64,000 bases of DNA from Antedon mediterranea (lineage: Eukaryota > Animalia > Echinodermata), in assembly GCF_964355755.1 (NCBI RefSeq), contig NC_092678.1, positions 8,448,422-8,512,421 of the forward strand. Direction: 5' to 3'. Both the position numbers and the translations under genes were made by a program. Under the pieces are notes generated by a model that was given only the letters and a program-made list of their open reading frames with translations, was not told where the DNA came from and made no database searches. Shown here piece by piece: positions 13,002 to 26,187 of the stretch; position 1 is the stretch's first letter, and each line of letters begins with the position of its first letter.

Positions 13002-13349
13002 CGTGCCTAGTCCCGTGTTGTACAGTCCTTATGTCAGCTAAACAATAGGTAGGCCTAGGGGCGGTTGTATGGCGGTGTCCTTTGTATGAATCGTTACGAA
13101 TCTATATGAATGAAGCTATATGCAGCTGTTTTTATTGCTGGAATTGTACCTCTTTTTGAGGTAATAATACGGAATAAGGCAGAAGAGAAGAGTAAAAAAA
13201 TTATTCTTGAAAAATGCATTCGGCAAGACATTAAAGAATATTTCAAAACACGACTCAATCTCAGATGGTCCTTCAATCTCACAAGAAAAGTACAATAAAA
13301 CTAGCTGTTGCTTCCTTAAGCATGGATCTAATTTTTAGGTCCATGCCCT

Positions 13350-14045
13350 AGTGCATCGTCTTTCTTGGGTTCATAGTCGCCGCTAACATCGTCTTTGTCA
13401 GGCGCATCAGAATCGAATTCTCGCTCTTCAAGATCGTGATAAAATTTCTCATAAAGTCACTTTCATCAAGAAAGAGTAAATCGAGAGCCTCCTCGGCATT
13501 TTAGGCCATTGTATAGCACTAATTGAAAAGTTAATTGATTTTCAATTTAAAATTACGGAAAATATTTGAAAAACCAAAATAGCGTTGTTGCAAATTTCTG
13601 AATCGAAATTTAATTAAGCAATATTTTTGTATTGTATTTAATGTGTGCATCCTGAGCAAATAAGAGCTTCTGCGCATACCTGTTTGTCTCCGTCACTACA
13701 TGCTGTAACAGCCCATTATCTAAGAAATGCAGGAAGATCTCTGCGATTGATGATTCGGTATCATGAATCTTCGGCCCTGATTGTTCAGCCTAAAAATATA
13801 CACAATAAATAAATATAAATATAGTGCATCGTCGTTCTCGGGTTCATCGTCGCCGCTAACATCGACTCTCAGGCGTGTCAGAATCGGATTCTCGCTCTTC
13901 AAGATCGCGATAAAAGCCTCCTTGGCATAGACCATTCATTGTACAGCACTAATTGAAAAAACTGATTTCAATATAAAATTATGGAAAATATGGGATAAAG
14001 CAAAATAGCGTTGTTGCAAATTTCTGAATCGAAATTTAATTAAGC
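13350..14045. repeat. Diverged direct duplication (~13350-13620 and ~13822-14045)
   Basis: Both copies begin TAGTGCATCGTC..GGGTTCAT.GTCGCCGCTAACATCG and end AAATTTCTGAATCGAAATTTAATTAAGC. The minus strand encodes an acidic peptide like a transposase N-terminus. Confidence 0.8.
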
Positions 14046-14089
14046 TTTCCAAAAAAGCTATCCCAGAATCCTCAGACAAGCAGAAGTTA

Positions 14090-15310
14090 GTGATTAATTC
14101 TGAAATAATAGCACTTCGGATTTGCTCTGCCCTTCCACAATTTGGTTGACCTTAGCAGGTTGGCATGATAAAGGCATTTCACCTCATCATCTGTCCAAGC
14201 ATGTTGGTAGGGAACTCCATTGCTAGTACAAATGTTGTTGTACAACTGGACAAAGTTTTTGTGTCTCATGCTCGTTCCTTTTTAGTAGTATTAGCCATCG
14301 ACCCTTTAAATGCCCAAATTACCCTACATTGAGAAAGTTTATAATTGAAATGAGACTGTTCCCTTTGTTTGTTTAGACGATTCGGAAAAGGCAGCATTAG
14401 ATTATTTAATAATGGGAAGTGCCCCTCCATTTCAGCCAGCTTCTGTCGCAAAAGCTCTATTTCGTTTTCTGACATACTGATAATCCGTTTGGTCTTGTCA
14501 TCACATCTAACTTTATGTATACCTGAAGATAATCTTAAATCTATAAAGTGTCATGGCAACTCTTTATTCTGCAGAGAATGGGGGACCATTGTTGTTAGTA
14601 GTAGTAGTAGTAGTTGTTTCTCAATATATGGCCTTAGTTCCTCAATATATGGCCTTAGTTCCTCAATGACAGGTTTCCTTGTTTATTCTGTAAACGCAAT
14701 GTTATATTTCATATTATTCAGTTGAAATGTTTCAGTGCGTTTCTTTCTTTTAAACCCTTACTGAATTTAACTGAATTTAATTTATTCTCTCCCACTCCTA
14801 CCTGTATTTAGGTAGGCGCAGTGTAGGCCTAGCTAGTTAATATAGACTAGAGAAAGTAGGCCTAGCCTAGGACCGTAGTAGTAGTACTCCTACCTACAGT
14901 AGGTTAGATAGCTACAGTGTGTAGGCTAGCCAGCTAGTACAGAGTTTTAACAACAAAAAACAAAAATAAATTGTAATACTATTATTAATATTAATTATTT
15001 ATTATTTATTTATTACTCTTTATTATTTATTTTTTAATTGTTTGCCACCAATGAATACTTTTTTCTTTCGCCAAAGTTGCCTTCTAACCGTTACATCTAG
15101 GCTTGTATGTAAAAGAAACATTATCTCCCCGAGTTCCTGCTGTTCTTTGGCATTTCGTAGGTATCTGATCCGTCGTTGTTGTCGAATCATGCGCTGAGAT
15201 TCCAGGCAGCTAGAAACGTACTCAACTAACGCAAACAGCAGCAAAGCAGTACTTTCATCCAGTTCAGTGTCGTCATTATTGATTTGTATTAATATAGGTA
15301 AAAACAATAA
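14090..15310 (-). mobile_element. PIF/Harbinger transposase relic (HARBI1/DDE_Tnp_4-like)
   Basis: HFPLLNNLMLPF..QSHFNYKLSQCRV..AF / LKGRWLILLKR..NIC at ~14220-14425. ORF 15023-15307 resembles the N-terminus (..RRQLWRKK..WW). Confidence 0.7.
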
Positions 15311-16779
15311 TAATTAATATATAATAATAACGGAGGAAACATGGTGCCGACCAGTGGTACGGTAGTGTTGTGCGTATACACAAGGAAATATAGCCCACAA
15401 TTCAGTAGGCCCTAACCTGTACAACTGTACTTCCTATTTTGTGTCGTGTTTAAATTATCTCACCCTAAGTTGAACGCAATTTAATGAATTTAATCAAATT
15501 ACCGCTCTCATAAAATTTAACTAGATCAGTACTTATCTCGCCCTAAGTTCGATATGAACCCAACTTTAGTGAAAATGATTTAGGACCAATACATGACCCT
15601 TATTCAAGAATCTAACATTGACTCCACCTATCAGAAAGCCTATTTTATGATCAAGCATGTGAAATGCTGCCGACAGATCATAACAATAAGAACATGCGGA
15701 TTGTCAATTGGATGACTTTTGCGCCTCAGTAGTGTAGTCTCTCTGTACTATAGGTACTGTAGATCTGTAGGCAGAAAATGACACTGTATTAATTATGTGA
15801 GTCAATATGGATAGCAAAAGGCCTTTAAAAAAAAAATTATTAATATGAATGTGATACAAGCTGTCCCAGAGGACTGGAAGAAGGGGAGGGGAGTGGTTTA
15901 GTGACATTTGACATTCACCGGCTCATCCTGGCTACAGCCCTAATTTATCATTAGTATTACAAATGATATAAAAATAGACCTAATTTTGAGAATTTGCCTC
16001 GTCAGGGTGTCTCAATATAAATACAATGACATCCTTAGCTTCCACTGGGAGAACAATAGTCCACAGTTAAGTTGCGTTTCCTAGATGTCAGTAGAGCATT
16101 GTATAAGACTCTGATTACTTCCTCAAATAGGGCTTATTAAATATTTTGGTCCATTGCACTTGTTTACATTACATAAGAACATGTAGCTTGATTTTTTGAA
16201 AACTGTTTTGTTCAATTTTCGAGATCCCCACCCACATATTTTTTCTGTGGGTTACAGCTGTAAACATTTTAAATACATAAACCCCTCCATATCTAGAAAA
16301 TATCTCATCTAATCTAGGCCTAAGACTATAATTATTAATGAAATTATTTAAATTTTCTTTTTCATTTGTATATATTTATATTGGCTCATATTTTATAGTT
16401 TAGTTTTTATTTTCAACCTGTTATTGGTGTTTTACACTGTTGGTTTGATATAAAGAATAAAAAAAAATATAATTTCTAGGCCGGAATCATCCAGTGAGGC
16501 TTAGCCTATTATATATATATTGTATATTTGGTTATCTGAGTTTTATACTAATTGTACCCATGTATTGGCTTGACTCTCTGTGGTAACATTTAAGTCTTAC
16601 AATTGTTTTTCGTATGAACCACCTTCATAAAAATTAAAAACTGGATCCAGACGGTGGAAGAATTCTAGAATAGAAGTTACACGCCTTACAGCTGGAAATA
16701 ATAATGGAAATTTACAAAAAAGTGATTTTGAAATCAATTACAAAAATTATTATTTTATAATACAAGGCCTCTATAGTTT

Positions 16780-16983
16780 AGTTTAAATTGGATTTAAGTT
16801 TAGGCGGTGTGTGCCTTTTTAACCCCATTTCTACAACAAATCCAATCGGTTTTTAAATGTGTTGGTGATTTCAGAAATGATGACTTCGGTTGGCAAACTA
16901 TTCCAATATGTAATTACTCGTTGTGAAAAAGTGGATCTCCTACAGTTCAGTCCTGTGTGAAGTTTAGGTTTGAAAAGTCTATA
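16780..16983 (-). mobile_element. 5'-truncated CR1/L2-type LINE 3' end
   Basis: YRLFKPKLHTGLNCRRSTFSQRVITYWNSLPTEVIISETTNTFKNRLD* is the typical ORF2 C-terminus; short-repeat tail follows. Confidence 0.75.
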
Positions 16984-17773
16984 GTAAAATTTATAGAATT
17001 TATTTTATACCCGGTAGTATTTAGTATTTAGGTGTACGGGTCAGCTTTCCTACTTGACAGCAAAGACACAATACTATGCACCCTGCTACGTCATTCATAT
17101 CCTGAATTACGCACAGATCCTATAGGGGGTTTTTAGCCTTGAGCCGATGTTATGGTCATGATGATGTATATCACGCTAAATTGTTTAACTTGTTGGCTGC
17201 TGGATACTGGTTTACAGCCACTTTAAAGGTTGAATTTTGTATATTTTTTTATTTTTTTTTTCATTTTGACATCTCTCAAGATCTGTGTGTGTGTTTTTCA
17301 TGTGAATTGTAGCTCTCTTTCTAGCCCATCACATATTCTTGTTTGATCTTCTAAAGTAATTCTCCAAAACCTCACTAATACAGAACAACATACTGATTAT
17401 GACAAATCAGAACACTGGTCCCTGCCATCTCTACAGAGTGTCTGGTTTTTAAAAATGTAATCACATTGTTACTATATTTTTAATATTCTTTGGATTTTTT
17501 ACTTGGATTGGTTGTTTCTGCTAAGACGCTAACTAAATGTAGATTTTAAAATAGGATTTAAGCAACATTTTCCAGTTTGCCTAAATTGCACTCTAATGAT
17601 GTGATTTGCAAGCCTATAGCCTTTATCTCATAATAACATTACTTAAAATTTAAAGTATTTTGTAAATAGTAAACATGTTAAAAGAACAACAATGTCATAC
17701 AGTACTGTAAATATAAAACTGAAAGTGTAAAGGGTCCGGTCATAAAACGACATGGTACAAGATAAATTTACAT

Positions 17774-17975
17774 TAGGGAGCTTTCGATTTTGCGACGACT
17801 GACGGTCAAACTGCGTTGTGTTAGTTCATTGTGCACATGCGAAAATATTGGGATGTGTGTCCTTACTCCTCACCTAGACACAGGTGATGGTTTCTAAGTC
17901 CAAAGTGAGACCACCGACGCATCAATCGATCTGACTTAGGTTGGTCGTTGGTCATCGCAAATCATAAGCTCTCTA
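17774..17975. mobile_element. ~200-bp MITE
   Basis: Imperfect TIRs TAGGGAGCTTTCGATTTTGCGACGAC / GTCATCGCAAATCATAAGCTCTCTA. Confidence 0.65.
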
Positions 17976-18647
17976 TAATTAAAGATTTATATTTAACAAT
18001 ACACAAAATATAAACAATGTATGTAATAGTATATGATATAATACAGTAAAAAAATAAAGCATTATATACTGTAATAATAAATAAACAATGCACTTTTATG
18101 ATTGGACTAGTTTAGAAATTAATCTGGTTTAAAAATATTTGTAATTGATTTTAAAAATAAGCAATGTTTGTTTTTAAATAATTACTTTATAAATTCCAAT
18201 AAATTTAGAGATTTAACCAGCATGAATGATTTCAATTATAATTTTCAAAATGTTCACAGCCTTTGGAGAATATAGAAAGTTCCAGAAAATAATCAAAATG
18301 CTATATTTAGTAAAACAAGTTCATCGTGCCCTGAGATGAATTGATATTACTCTGTCTAGTCTGTGGTAACTGTGTTGGCAACTGATTAACTATGTATCCT
18401 ACTAAGAATATTGTAATATTAAATTCAAATGATTTTTTAGGTTTTATTTTTGTATCCATATTAACATGATGAAAAATGTTATTTATTTTGATGATTGTTG
18501 GTCACATGACGTGCAATAGTACGTACTAATGATTGTATAATAGTGCATTTTTACAACAAAAAATCCAATAGCAGCATATTCGTTGTTCTCCAAAACAGCG
18601 ACAACAAGATCAGAACAATAGCAATGACAAGAATCTACTTAAATGAT

Positions 18648-18815
18648 TTAAAACAAATAATGAATGTTTTTATACTTGTGTGCCATTAAGAAAACTTCTG
18701 GTGAAATACTAAATTCTATTTTCACTCGTTCTTCGCCTGATGATAATAGAATTTCATCTTTCACCTCATGGAATTATTTGTACCATCGCACTCATAAACA
18801 TTCATTATTTGCATA
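18648..18815. repeat. Palindromic ~165-bp interspersed element; related copies at ~49656-49820, ~55841-56015 and a partial copy at ~6188-6235
   Basis: Ends AAACAAATAATGAATGTTT... / ...AAACATTCATTATTTG with a central CTT(C/T)GCCT motif in the three full copies. Confidence 0.7.
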
Positions 18816-19190
18816 TTATTGACCAGTATATTTGTATAAATTCTGTATATAATTGTGTATAATAATTAAATAAACTTCATTAGCTTTTGTCCTTTTCCTC
18901 TCAATAATGGTTTCTTAATTGCATTAATCATCATTTAAAATATTGATAAGTTGAAATGTATTTTAATTATATAAAGTTTATATATTTTTAATGCAATTTA
19001 TTAATCAGTTTTTACTGCCATTTTGTAATGTAATTTAAAAATATTAAAAAATGTATCAATAAAAAGAAATCAATTTGCAACAAATTATTTTTGAATTGTG
19101 CTTCTTTCAGTTTTTCAATCAATCATTCTTTATTTCCATCATTAATATAATCATAATATGTATTAATGATACAAGTGTTAGATACATTAA

Positions 19191-20928
19191 AGATGTATTG
19201 TCCCCCAAAAACATGAAAAATAAAGATTAATAAAATCAGACTTTGAATATATTATTAGGTGATCATTTTATTCTAAATGATCACCTATTGTTATTGTATG
19301 AAATCTTTATTATTTTTTTTTTCTTTTTATTGTTTCTGTACACTATTTTGTGTAACAATTATCTCAAAAAGTTTAATGTCAATGATTACCAAAATTTCAG
19401 AATATCTTTCAAATAATATAACTTAATCCTAATAAGCTTCAGGTCAAGGGTAAAAATATTAGCAAATAAAAAGTTGCGCGTTTCAAGGTCATGCACGTGA
19501 AATCGCGCGTTCAAAATTTAAAACGCGCAAAATTAGGTTTTTTTCAATTTAGAGCATGAATTCGGCCATTTGCGCGTTTCAAAAAATTACTGCGCAAAAA
19601 TGCGTTTTTGTGCGCACGATTCTTAAAATGCGTAAAAAATAAAATTTGATGTATAAATCACATTCTACTCACAATCCTTAGTACATTCACCAATTTTGAG
19701 TCTATTCCGACTTAAAATAACGCTATACGAGCACGTTAAAAATGACAAAATGCTAAAAATGGTAAAAAATAAGGACTTTTTAAAATGAATATAACTCTTC
19801 AGAATGGCAGATGACCCCCAATTTTTTAACTTATTATGGAAGCCAATAAGTTGTAGATACAAATGTATATACACATTAGACGTACAAAATGGTATGACGT
19901 CATCAAATGGCCACTTGAATTTAAAAATTAGGAATTTTTATCTTTTTGTGTGGGTTATCACATTCAATAGAGCGCATCTCCGTTATTTGAGCCCGATTTT
20001 CGCACAACTTTTAGTATGTGCTTGCTCAATTAATTATTCTTCTAATGAGTTGTCAACATTTTTATTTTGATGACGTCATCACGCGTAAAAACTTGAATAA
20101 CCTAGGTCGTGTAATTTCAGCTACACCATACATTTGAATATCTTATAGCTCTTCAGAATTAAAGGTGACCTTGAAGATTATAACTTATTATGAAAGCTGA
20201 TGAAATGTAGATGAATTCATATTAAAATTAAGCCTATCGGATGTTGTGATGTTATCATATGGCCAGTTGAAGTTAAAAAGTAGTTTTTAAATTTCTTTAG
20301 TCAAAGTTATACAAATTTCAAAGACCGCGCATTGCGCTTCTACGTGTCAAATTTTCTTCCAATCCTTATATTTATTTGCTCAATTCATTATCTTTCGAAA
20401 TCGTCATCTTCGAGTTTATTTTGAAAATTCCATCATACCGAAAAAATTAGAACACGATATGAGTCCCGTAATTTCACCTATGCTACACTGTATATAGATA
20501 TACAGTATATACTGTACATATTGTAAGACACATAATAGGTAGAACTCAGCACTATAAGTGTATATGCATCATGTCATAGGATGACGTACATCAACTTTTA
20601 ACGATCGTATGTTAACGTACATGCATGTTTAAAAAATGTTAAAGTGACGAATTAAATTCTAGTTTATATTATTATATTTTCATTTTAATAACGTTAAGCA
20701 CTTTCGTAGGAAAAAAAAAAATCAATGTTTTCACTTATAAAATGACAAAATAAATGGTTAAATTCAACCAAAAATCCATTGGCTGGCAGCCAATTTGACT
20801 TTATATTACTGTTTTTTCAGGTAAATATATTTTTTGTTCGATCTAATTTTTGGTCAAAGTGAATAACTTTTGAACTAACTTCAACAGAAATGTTTTAATA
20901 ATTATATTTTCAGGGGGACAATACATCT
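19191..20928. mobile_element. Non-autonomous Kolobok-like element carrying a nested Helentron/HINE-like insert (from ~19253 to roughly 20500)
   Basis: Perfect 16-bp TIR AGATGTATTGTCCCCC / GGGGGACAATACATCT, flanked by TTAA and TAAA. The insert starts with hairpin TAGGTGATCATTT...AAATGATCACCTA. Confidence 0.6.
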
Positions 20929-21688
20929 TAAATTATTACAAATGGTAAATATTGAATGTAATTATAAAATGACTAATAGGCAATAAACCTTTGAAAATCT
21001 TTTTAATTAGTAATGTGATTTGATAAATCATTCCAGATAAACCGGGGCAAAATTATCGCCATTATATAATTGTTAATCTGATTATTATTTGATGCTCTGA
21101 GGGCAATGGAGAGATTTCCTGCGTTGTCACATTCTTTTCCATCTAGAAATATACTCTGGTCAACTCAGGAGATACTGTACAGTATACCTATTATGGAAAC
21201 TTTGTAAGGTCCCCTCAATAAAAGTTCCATTGTATTTGAATACATTTTAGCTCTTCAACAGTGACAGTGTTAAAGATATGGTTTAGTCTTGGCTCATTGT
21301 CAAGTTCTCTGAAACAGGAAAAGGTTTCAACATGTGATTGTGACAAAATGCTATTTTATGGCATATTACCATATTATTAGCATTGAATACATAATTTGAT
21401 GACTGTTTATTTTCTGTCTGTCTTTCCAGTTTTCATTTTCTTTGCTCCTCAAGTGATTAGTTTATTAAAGGCTTCCTCTCCCTGTATGATAGTGTTGCTA
21501 ATATTTCTTGGAATATTAAATTTGCTAATGAATTGTAGTGGTTTCACATGATACATAAAATACACTTGCACAATTTGAATGGATTTTCACATGTAAAATG
21601 ACCTGAAATAATTTGTCAGATGTTTTGCCCTACTCTGACGTAATTTGTACTTCATACTAAGTACATTTGAGACAAAATTTGCAAGTAA

Positions 21689-21760
21689 TTCTTGGGTGGG
21701 ACTCGAACACACGACCTCCAGATCACTAGCCTGGCGTTCATATCTCTAGACCACCGAGCT
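21689..21760 (-). ncRNA. Degenerate tRNA-like sequence (Thr-AGT-like), probably within a repeat
   Basis: A-box-like TGGTCTAGAG, anticodon arm CCAGG-CTAGTGA-TCTGG, B-box GTTCGAGTCC; acceptor and T stems imperfect. A related fragment lies at ~53372-53408. Confidence 0.55.
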
Positions 21761-23592
21761 TGCGCTGATGGCTAGTGGTTAGATTTGAGCCCAAGTAAGC
21801 AGCGGGTACTGCACCAACAGGGTTGTAATTATATTAGAGTGACTAGCTGATTACAGATATCACATCAGCTAAACCAATCATGTCGCTAACCACTGGTAAT
21901 CGTATATCAAATACTCCTTCAAATAAATTTGTCTGCGATGAAGTAAGTAATAACTTTGTAGTGGAAGGAATTATATATACAGTTTGTCACTGTATGATAG
22001 AAAAATTAAATTAATATAAATTGATAAAGTAACCTTAATTATTATTGATACTTGAAATTTACTTCTTTTAAAATCACTAATAGCACACTTGTAATAATTG
22101 GTTTATTGGCTATAATCCGGAGATTTCCATTCATTAGTTGACGTTCTTGAAGGGCCAATGATTATTAATATCATGTGATTTCAGTCACATGGGTATACGA
22201 CACTTGTGTATGGATAACCTGAAGACATGAACTTTTCTGCTATAACATAGCACCGAATAAACTGTTTGTATTAAAGATGTAATTTTATAGCGACTGATTT
22301 ATCCTAAATTTGTGCTCACAGGTTGCATACACTTTTAAATAAAAATACACAAAATGTCGGTCAAATGTTAAAGATGCAATAGTTGCCTGGAAGGTCAAGT
22401 AACCGTTTTGCAGCTAAATTTACATAGCGATAACCGATTTGGCTTTTAGCCGTTATGTATCTGCCATTTATCCAATCATTAATAGAAAATCTGTATGATT
22501 TTAAAACTTTCAGATTTTGAAAACTTTTTTCTGCCAGCAGAATTGGGTCCACAAAAAATGATGGCAAAATCTTTAAAACCGTTTAAAAATCTCTTATTCT
22601 GATATTTATCGTCAAGAACTGTGGAAGAATTGGAGGGTGGAGAGGGGAGTGTTAGTACTGTACTAGGTTCAGGTCACATGGAGGGAAGGACTTGCTTTCA
22701 AATCAAAAAAGAAAACAACAAATATTTTTTCAGGGAGATAATATATTATTTTAAAATATAGACTTGTTTTAATCAATTCCAGACCAATTTTAATCTTCGA
22801 TTTACAAAGTCTTTACAGAGTCTTATTTCCTAGTAAAAGTAAAGATTTTATCTATGATATTTCTAGACTGAGCTTTACATTTGAATCTTTTTAGGTGTTA
22901 AAAGGATATGAACTTGTAATCCGTTTTTCCGTTAACCTGTTATGCTATTAGATTCATCGTTATAAAAGTAAAATTTATAAATTGTTTAGGATTATGGGCC
23001 TCATGAATAATATGTAATCATACTGGTACTTATTTTATCCAAAAATTGTATAGTGGAAAAGCAAGTTGTTTAAACTCTGACTGGTGAACATGTGGTTTTC
23101 GATTTCACCTCATCACTTTATGTAATTAGTACAAATTTCCTATCTCGGTATTACTAGCCCAATAGGGACTGAGATACTCAGTATCATGTGTGAAAGCCTT
23201 CAACATTTCAGCCAGGATTATAATAGTTCAAATTCATTTTCTTTCTAAATTTCATATTTAAATCATGGCTTATACAGTCATGATTTGGCACAGGATTTTA
23301 TTCATATGCATCAAGTGAAGTATTTTTCAAATCATTTTTCATTTTAAAGCTTGTTTATGAAAAGAAATTCGGAAGTTTCTTCAGGAAATTAAGTGGGATA
23401 TTACATTGTTTATTTAGCATTTATTGCAGATGCTGTTGTGGGTATAGAGGACCCCTATTACTTGATGTTCAACAACAGGAAGAGGTCAAGGATTTTTATT
23501 GAGGCTGCTAGGCTACAAGATATTGGGAGATTACTGATTTGTTGTAAAAACTACAAAAATAACTCTGAATAAGAATAATTGCAAAATTGACT

Positions 23593-25725
23593 ATGGGTGC
23601 ACAAGTAAAAAGCTTCCTTTATTGGATTTTGTTTACTATTCAACTGGTATCCTGTCAAAGATTGTCATTACCGAATGAATTTTTAAGTGGTAAGGATATT
23701 TGCGATACGTTTATGTCCGCATTGGGTAAAGTGTGCGACTGTAGCGGACGTTTGTTGCATCTTGTTCCCAGCTATGTTCCGGATGATTGCTTTATACTTG
23801 ATTTAAGTGCTAATGAGATTAGTAACATAGAACGACATACATTTGTGCGATTTCAACAACTTGAAAGGCTATATTTAAATTCAAATAATATACAAGCAAT
23901 TCATCCACATGCTTTTGACGGCTTGAGTAATCTAACAGTTATTGATCTTGCTAATAATAAGTTACTTGAAATTCCACCACGTACATTTACTGATACCAGA
24001 TACTTGCAGGTCCTGAACCTCACTCATAACAATCTTCGTGTTCCACCGACGATTGGACACTTAAACCGTCTACAGGAGTTGATCATATCCCACAATTCAC
24101 TAAGATTCGTAACAAGTTCTGCTTGGACTGGTTTAATAGCCCTTAGAATTCTTAACATATCATCAAATCATTTGGTCAAGTTGTATGCAGATTCATTTAA
24201 AGGGCTTAGGTATGTAGTGACCCTTGACCTCAGTCACAACAGCCTAAACACCATTCAGAATAAGGCTTTTTCATCTTTGGTTCGATTGGAAGTTCTAAAG
24301 TTGAATGATAACCAATTGACAAAAATTGATGAAAATGCATTTCTTGATTTGAGCATGATGACAAGATTAGATCTGCAAAACAATCAGCTGTTTTCTATCC
24401 CACTCAGCTTCCAGAATGGTTTTAGTAGTCTTAAACATTTAAATTTACAAGGAAACAAAATAGTTGAGATATCAATCAATTCGTTCAAACATCTGTCCAA
24501 CCTGAATGTCTTGAACTTAAATGATAATAGATTACAGATCGTAGCTGGTCGATCTTTCTTACTTTTGCCGCAACTAGTGATGCTTGATTTAAGGAATAAC
24601 CAGATTGAAGTATTGCCTGCAGATGTTTTTATTGGTCTTCGAACCCTGAAAGTATTAGATTTGCGTAATAATAGGTTGAAAAATGTCGGAAAAATTATGC
24701 ATCCATTGTTTAACTTGGAAACTGTTCTGCTTTCTGATAATATGATATCTTATATTCCAGTGGATACTTTTGATCAATGTGCGCGCATAATTGAAATACG
24801 AATTGACCATAATAATTTGACTTATATTCCTGAAGGAATTGGACATTCTAAAACTGGTTCTCAGACATTGAAAGGATTATCATTAGCAGATAATCCGATA
24901 AAAGAGATTAGTGCCACCAGTTTTGGCAGATTCTCATCTTTACAGTTACTTCGTTTAAGTAACACCCAGTTAAACATTCTTCCAATTGATGCCTTTACTC
25001 AAATGCCACGATTGCTCCAGTTATGGTTGGATGGAAACCAGTTGACAACACTTCACAAAGGAATGCTTGGTTTTCTACCACGACTTACAGCAATCCACCT
25101 CCAGGGAAACCTCTGGGATTGCCAGTGTGATCTTCATTATTTCTGGTCTTATATGGATTCAAGGGGTATCTCTAGTGGAATTGATGAAAAACCAGTTTGT
25201 CATTCTCCCCCAATTTTATCTGGTGTAACTTTGGAAGTGGCATTTGCTGTGAAAGAATGCTTGGAAGATAATGGTGCGTTTAGCGTGATGGAAATTGAAA
25301 TTCTGATTCCAATCATTGTTGGTGCTATTGTGTTAATGTTCCTTATTGTTGCTTGCATATGCATAACTGCAGGACATAAGAATCCCATATATGCTAAGAC
25401 CATTCCATCTGATGGCAATACAGCAAGAGCAATGTCTCTGCCTTCTTTTGCATCTTTAAACTCAATGTCAAGCTCATCACCATTGACCCTGCCACCACGT
25501 AATGGAACCAATAGCACGCGCTACCATAACCATAGCAGTATATTCCATGAACGCAAGTTACATCGTACAACTCGGCCAAATCTTGACCGACAGGGCTCTT
25601 ATTTGTCTATTAATGTACCCACCCCTGGGGGTGAGTATGCTAGTCCGTATGCCCAGCCATACTCACAACCAAGAGACCATCCGAGCTGGTTCCAGGACTC
25701 TGACCAGAGAGAGGACATTTATTGA
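23593..25725 (+). CDS. LRR-TM receptor 1 (signal peptide, LRRNT, ~20 LRRs, LRRCT, TM, Tyr-containing tail, no TIR)
   Basis: ATG at 23593; uninterrupted ORF; CDCSGR cap; repeated LxxLxLxxNxL; GNLWDCQCDL..C LRRCT; TM ILIPIIVGAIVLMFLIVACICITA; tail SYLSI, EYASPYAQPYSQP, DIY. Candidate 5' UTR splice acceptor TTATTGCAG at 23429. Confidence 0.93.
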   Translation: MGAQVKSFLYWILFTIQLVSCQRLSLPNEFLSGKDICDTFMSALGKVCDCSGRLLHLVPSYVPDDCFILDLSANEISNIERHTFVRFQQLERLYLNSNNIQAIHPHAFDGLSNLTVIDLANNKLLEIPPRTFTDTRYLQVLNLTHNNLRVPPTIGHLNRLQELIISHNSLRFVTSSAWTGLIALRILNISSNHLVKLYADSFKGLRYVVTLDLSHNSLNTIQNKAFSSLVRLEVLKLNDNQLTKIDENAFLDLSMMTRLDLQNNQLFSIPLSFQNGFSSLKHLNLQGNKIVEISINSFKHLSNLNVLNLNDNRLQIVAGRSFLLLPQLVMLDLRNNQIEVLPADVFIGLRTLKVLDLRNNRLKNVGKIMHPLFNLETVLLSDNMISYIPVDTFDQCARIIEIRIDHNNLTYIPEGIGHSKTGSQTLKGLSLADNPIKEISATSFGRFSSLQLLRLSNTQLNILPIDAFTQMPRLLQLWLDGNQLTTLHKGMLGFLPRLTAIHLQGNLWDCQCDLHYFWSYMDSRGISSGIDEKPVCHSPPILSGVTLEVAFAVKECLEDNGAFSVMEIEILIPIIVGAIVLMFLIVACICITAGHKNPIYAKTIPSDGNTARAMSLPSFASLNSMSSSSPLTLPPRNGTNSTRYHNHSSIFHERKLHRTTRPNLDRQGSYLSINVPTPGGEYASPYAQPYSQPRDHPSWFQDSDQREDIY

Positions 25726-26103
25726 ACATTTATAGTACTGTATCCAGACATTCTATTTTAACCTTTTGTATGGTGCAGAAAAAGATACATTACTCGTCAC
25801 ACTAGCTATGCAATATGCATTGTCTGTATAATGAATTATTGTTTTCTGCTTCAAAAAATATGTATATTTTTCACACTATATTTTTTTGGCCAGAAAAATC
25901 AGAGCTATTAAAAATTTAGACTTGATTATTAGTATTTATTTAGAAAAAAAAAAGCTTTGTAATATAGTGTTTTCATATAATGCAAAATATCAAATTATAA
26001 TTATATAAGCATGCATAATATATGGTTGGTCATGTTAGAAACAATATTATCAACAGTGAGAGAAATAAATAATAATCAAAAATTGATCAAAATAAATGTT
26101 TAA

Positions 26104-26187
26104 AAAAATGTAGATGCGTGTAATAACACAAAATAAGGCATATAATTATATTCCTTATTTTGTGTTATTACACGCATCTACATTTTT
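26104..26187. repeat. 84-bp near-perfect palindrome next to a TA-rich microsatellite
   Basis: AAAAATGTAGATGCGTGTAATAACACAAAATAAGG(C)ATATAA | reverse complement, one mismatch, no spacer. Confidence 0.9.

Larger units (their letters stand above)
9415..13260 (-). mobile_element. Apparently complete single-ORF non-LTR retrotransposon (CR1/L2/Crack-Daphne group)
   Basis: Identical 15-bp TSD TCAGATGGTCCTTCA at 9400-9414 and 13261-13275. ~260-bp 5' leader, one long ORF, 3' UTR with a T-tract and terminal stem-loop (9438-9490), short A-rich end. Confidence 0.93.
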
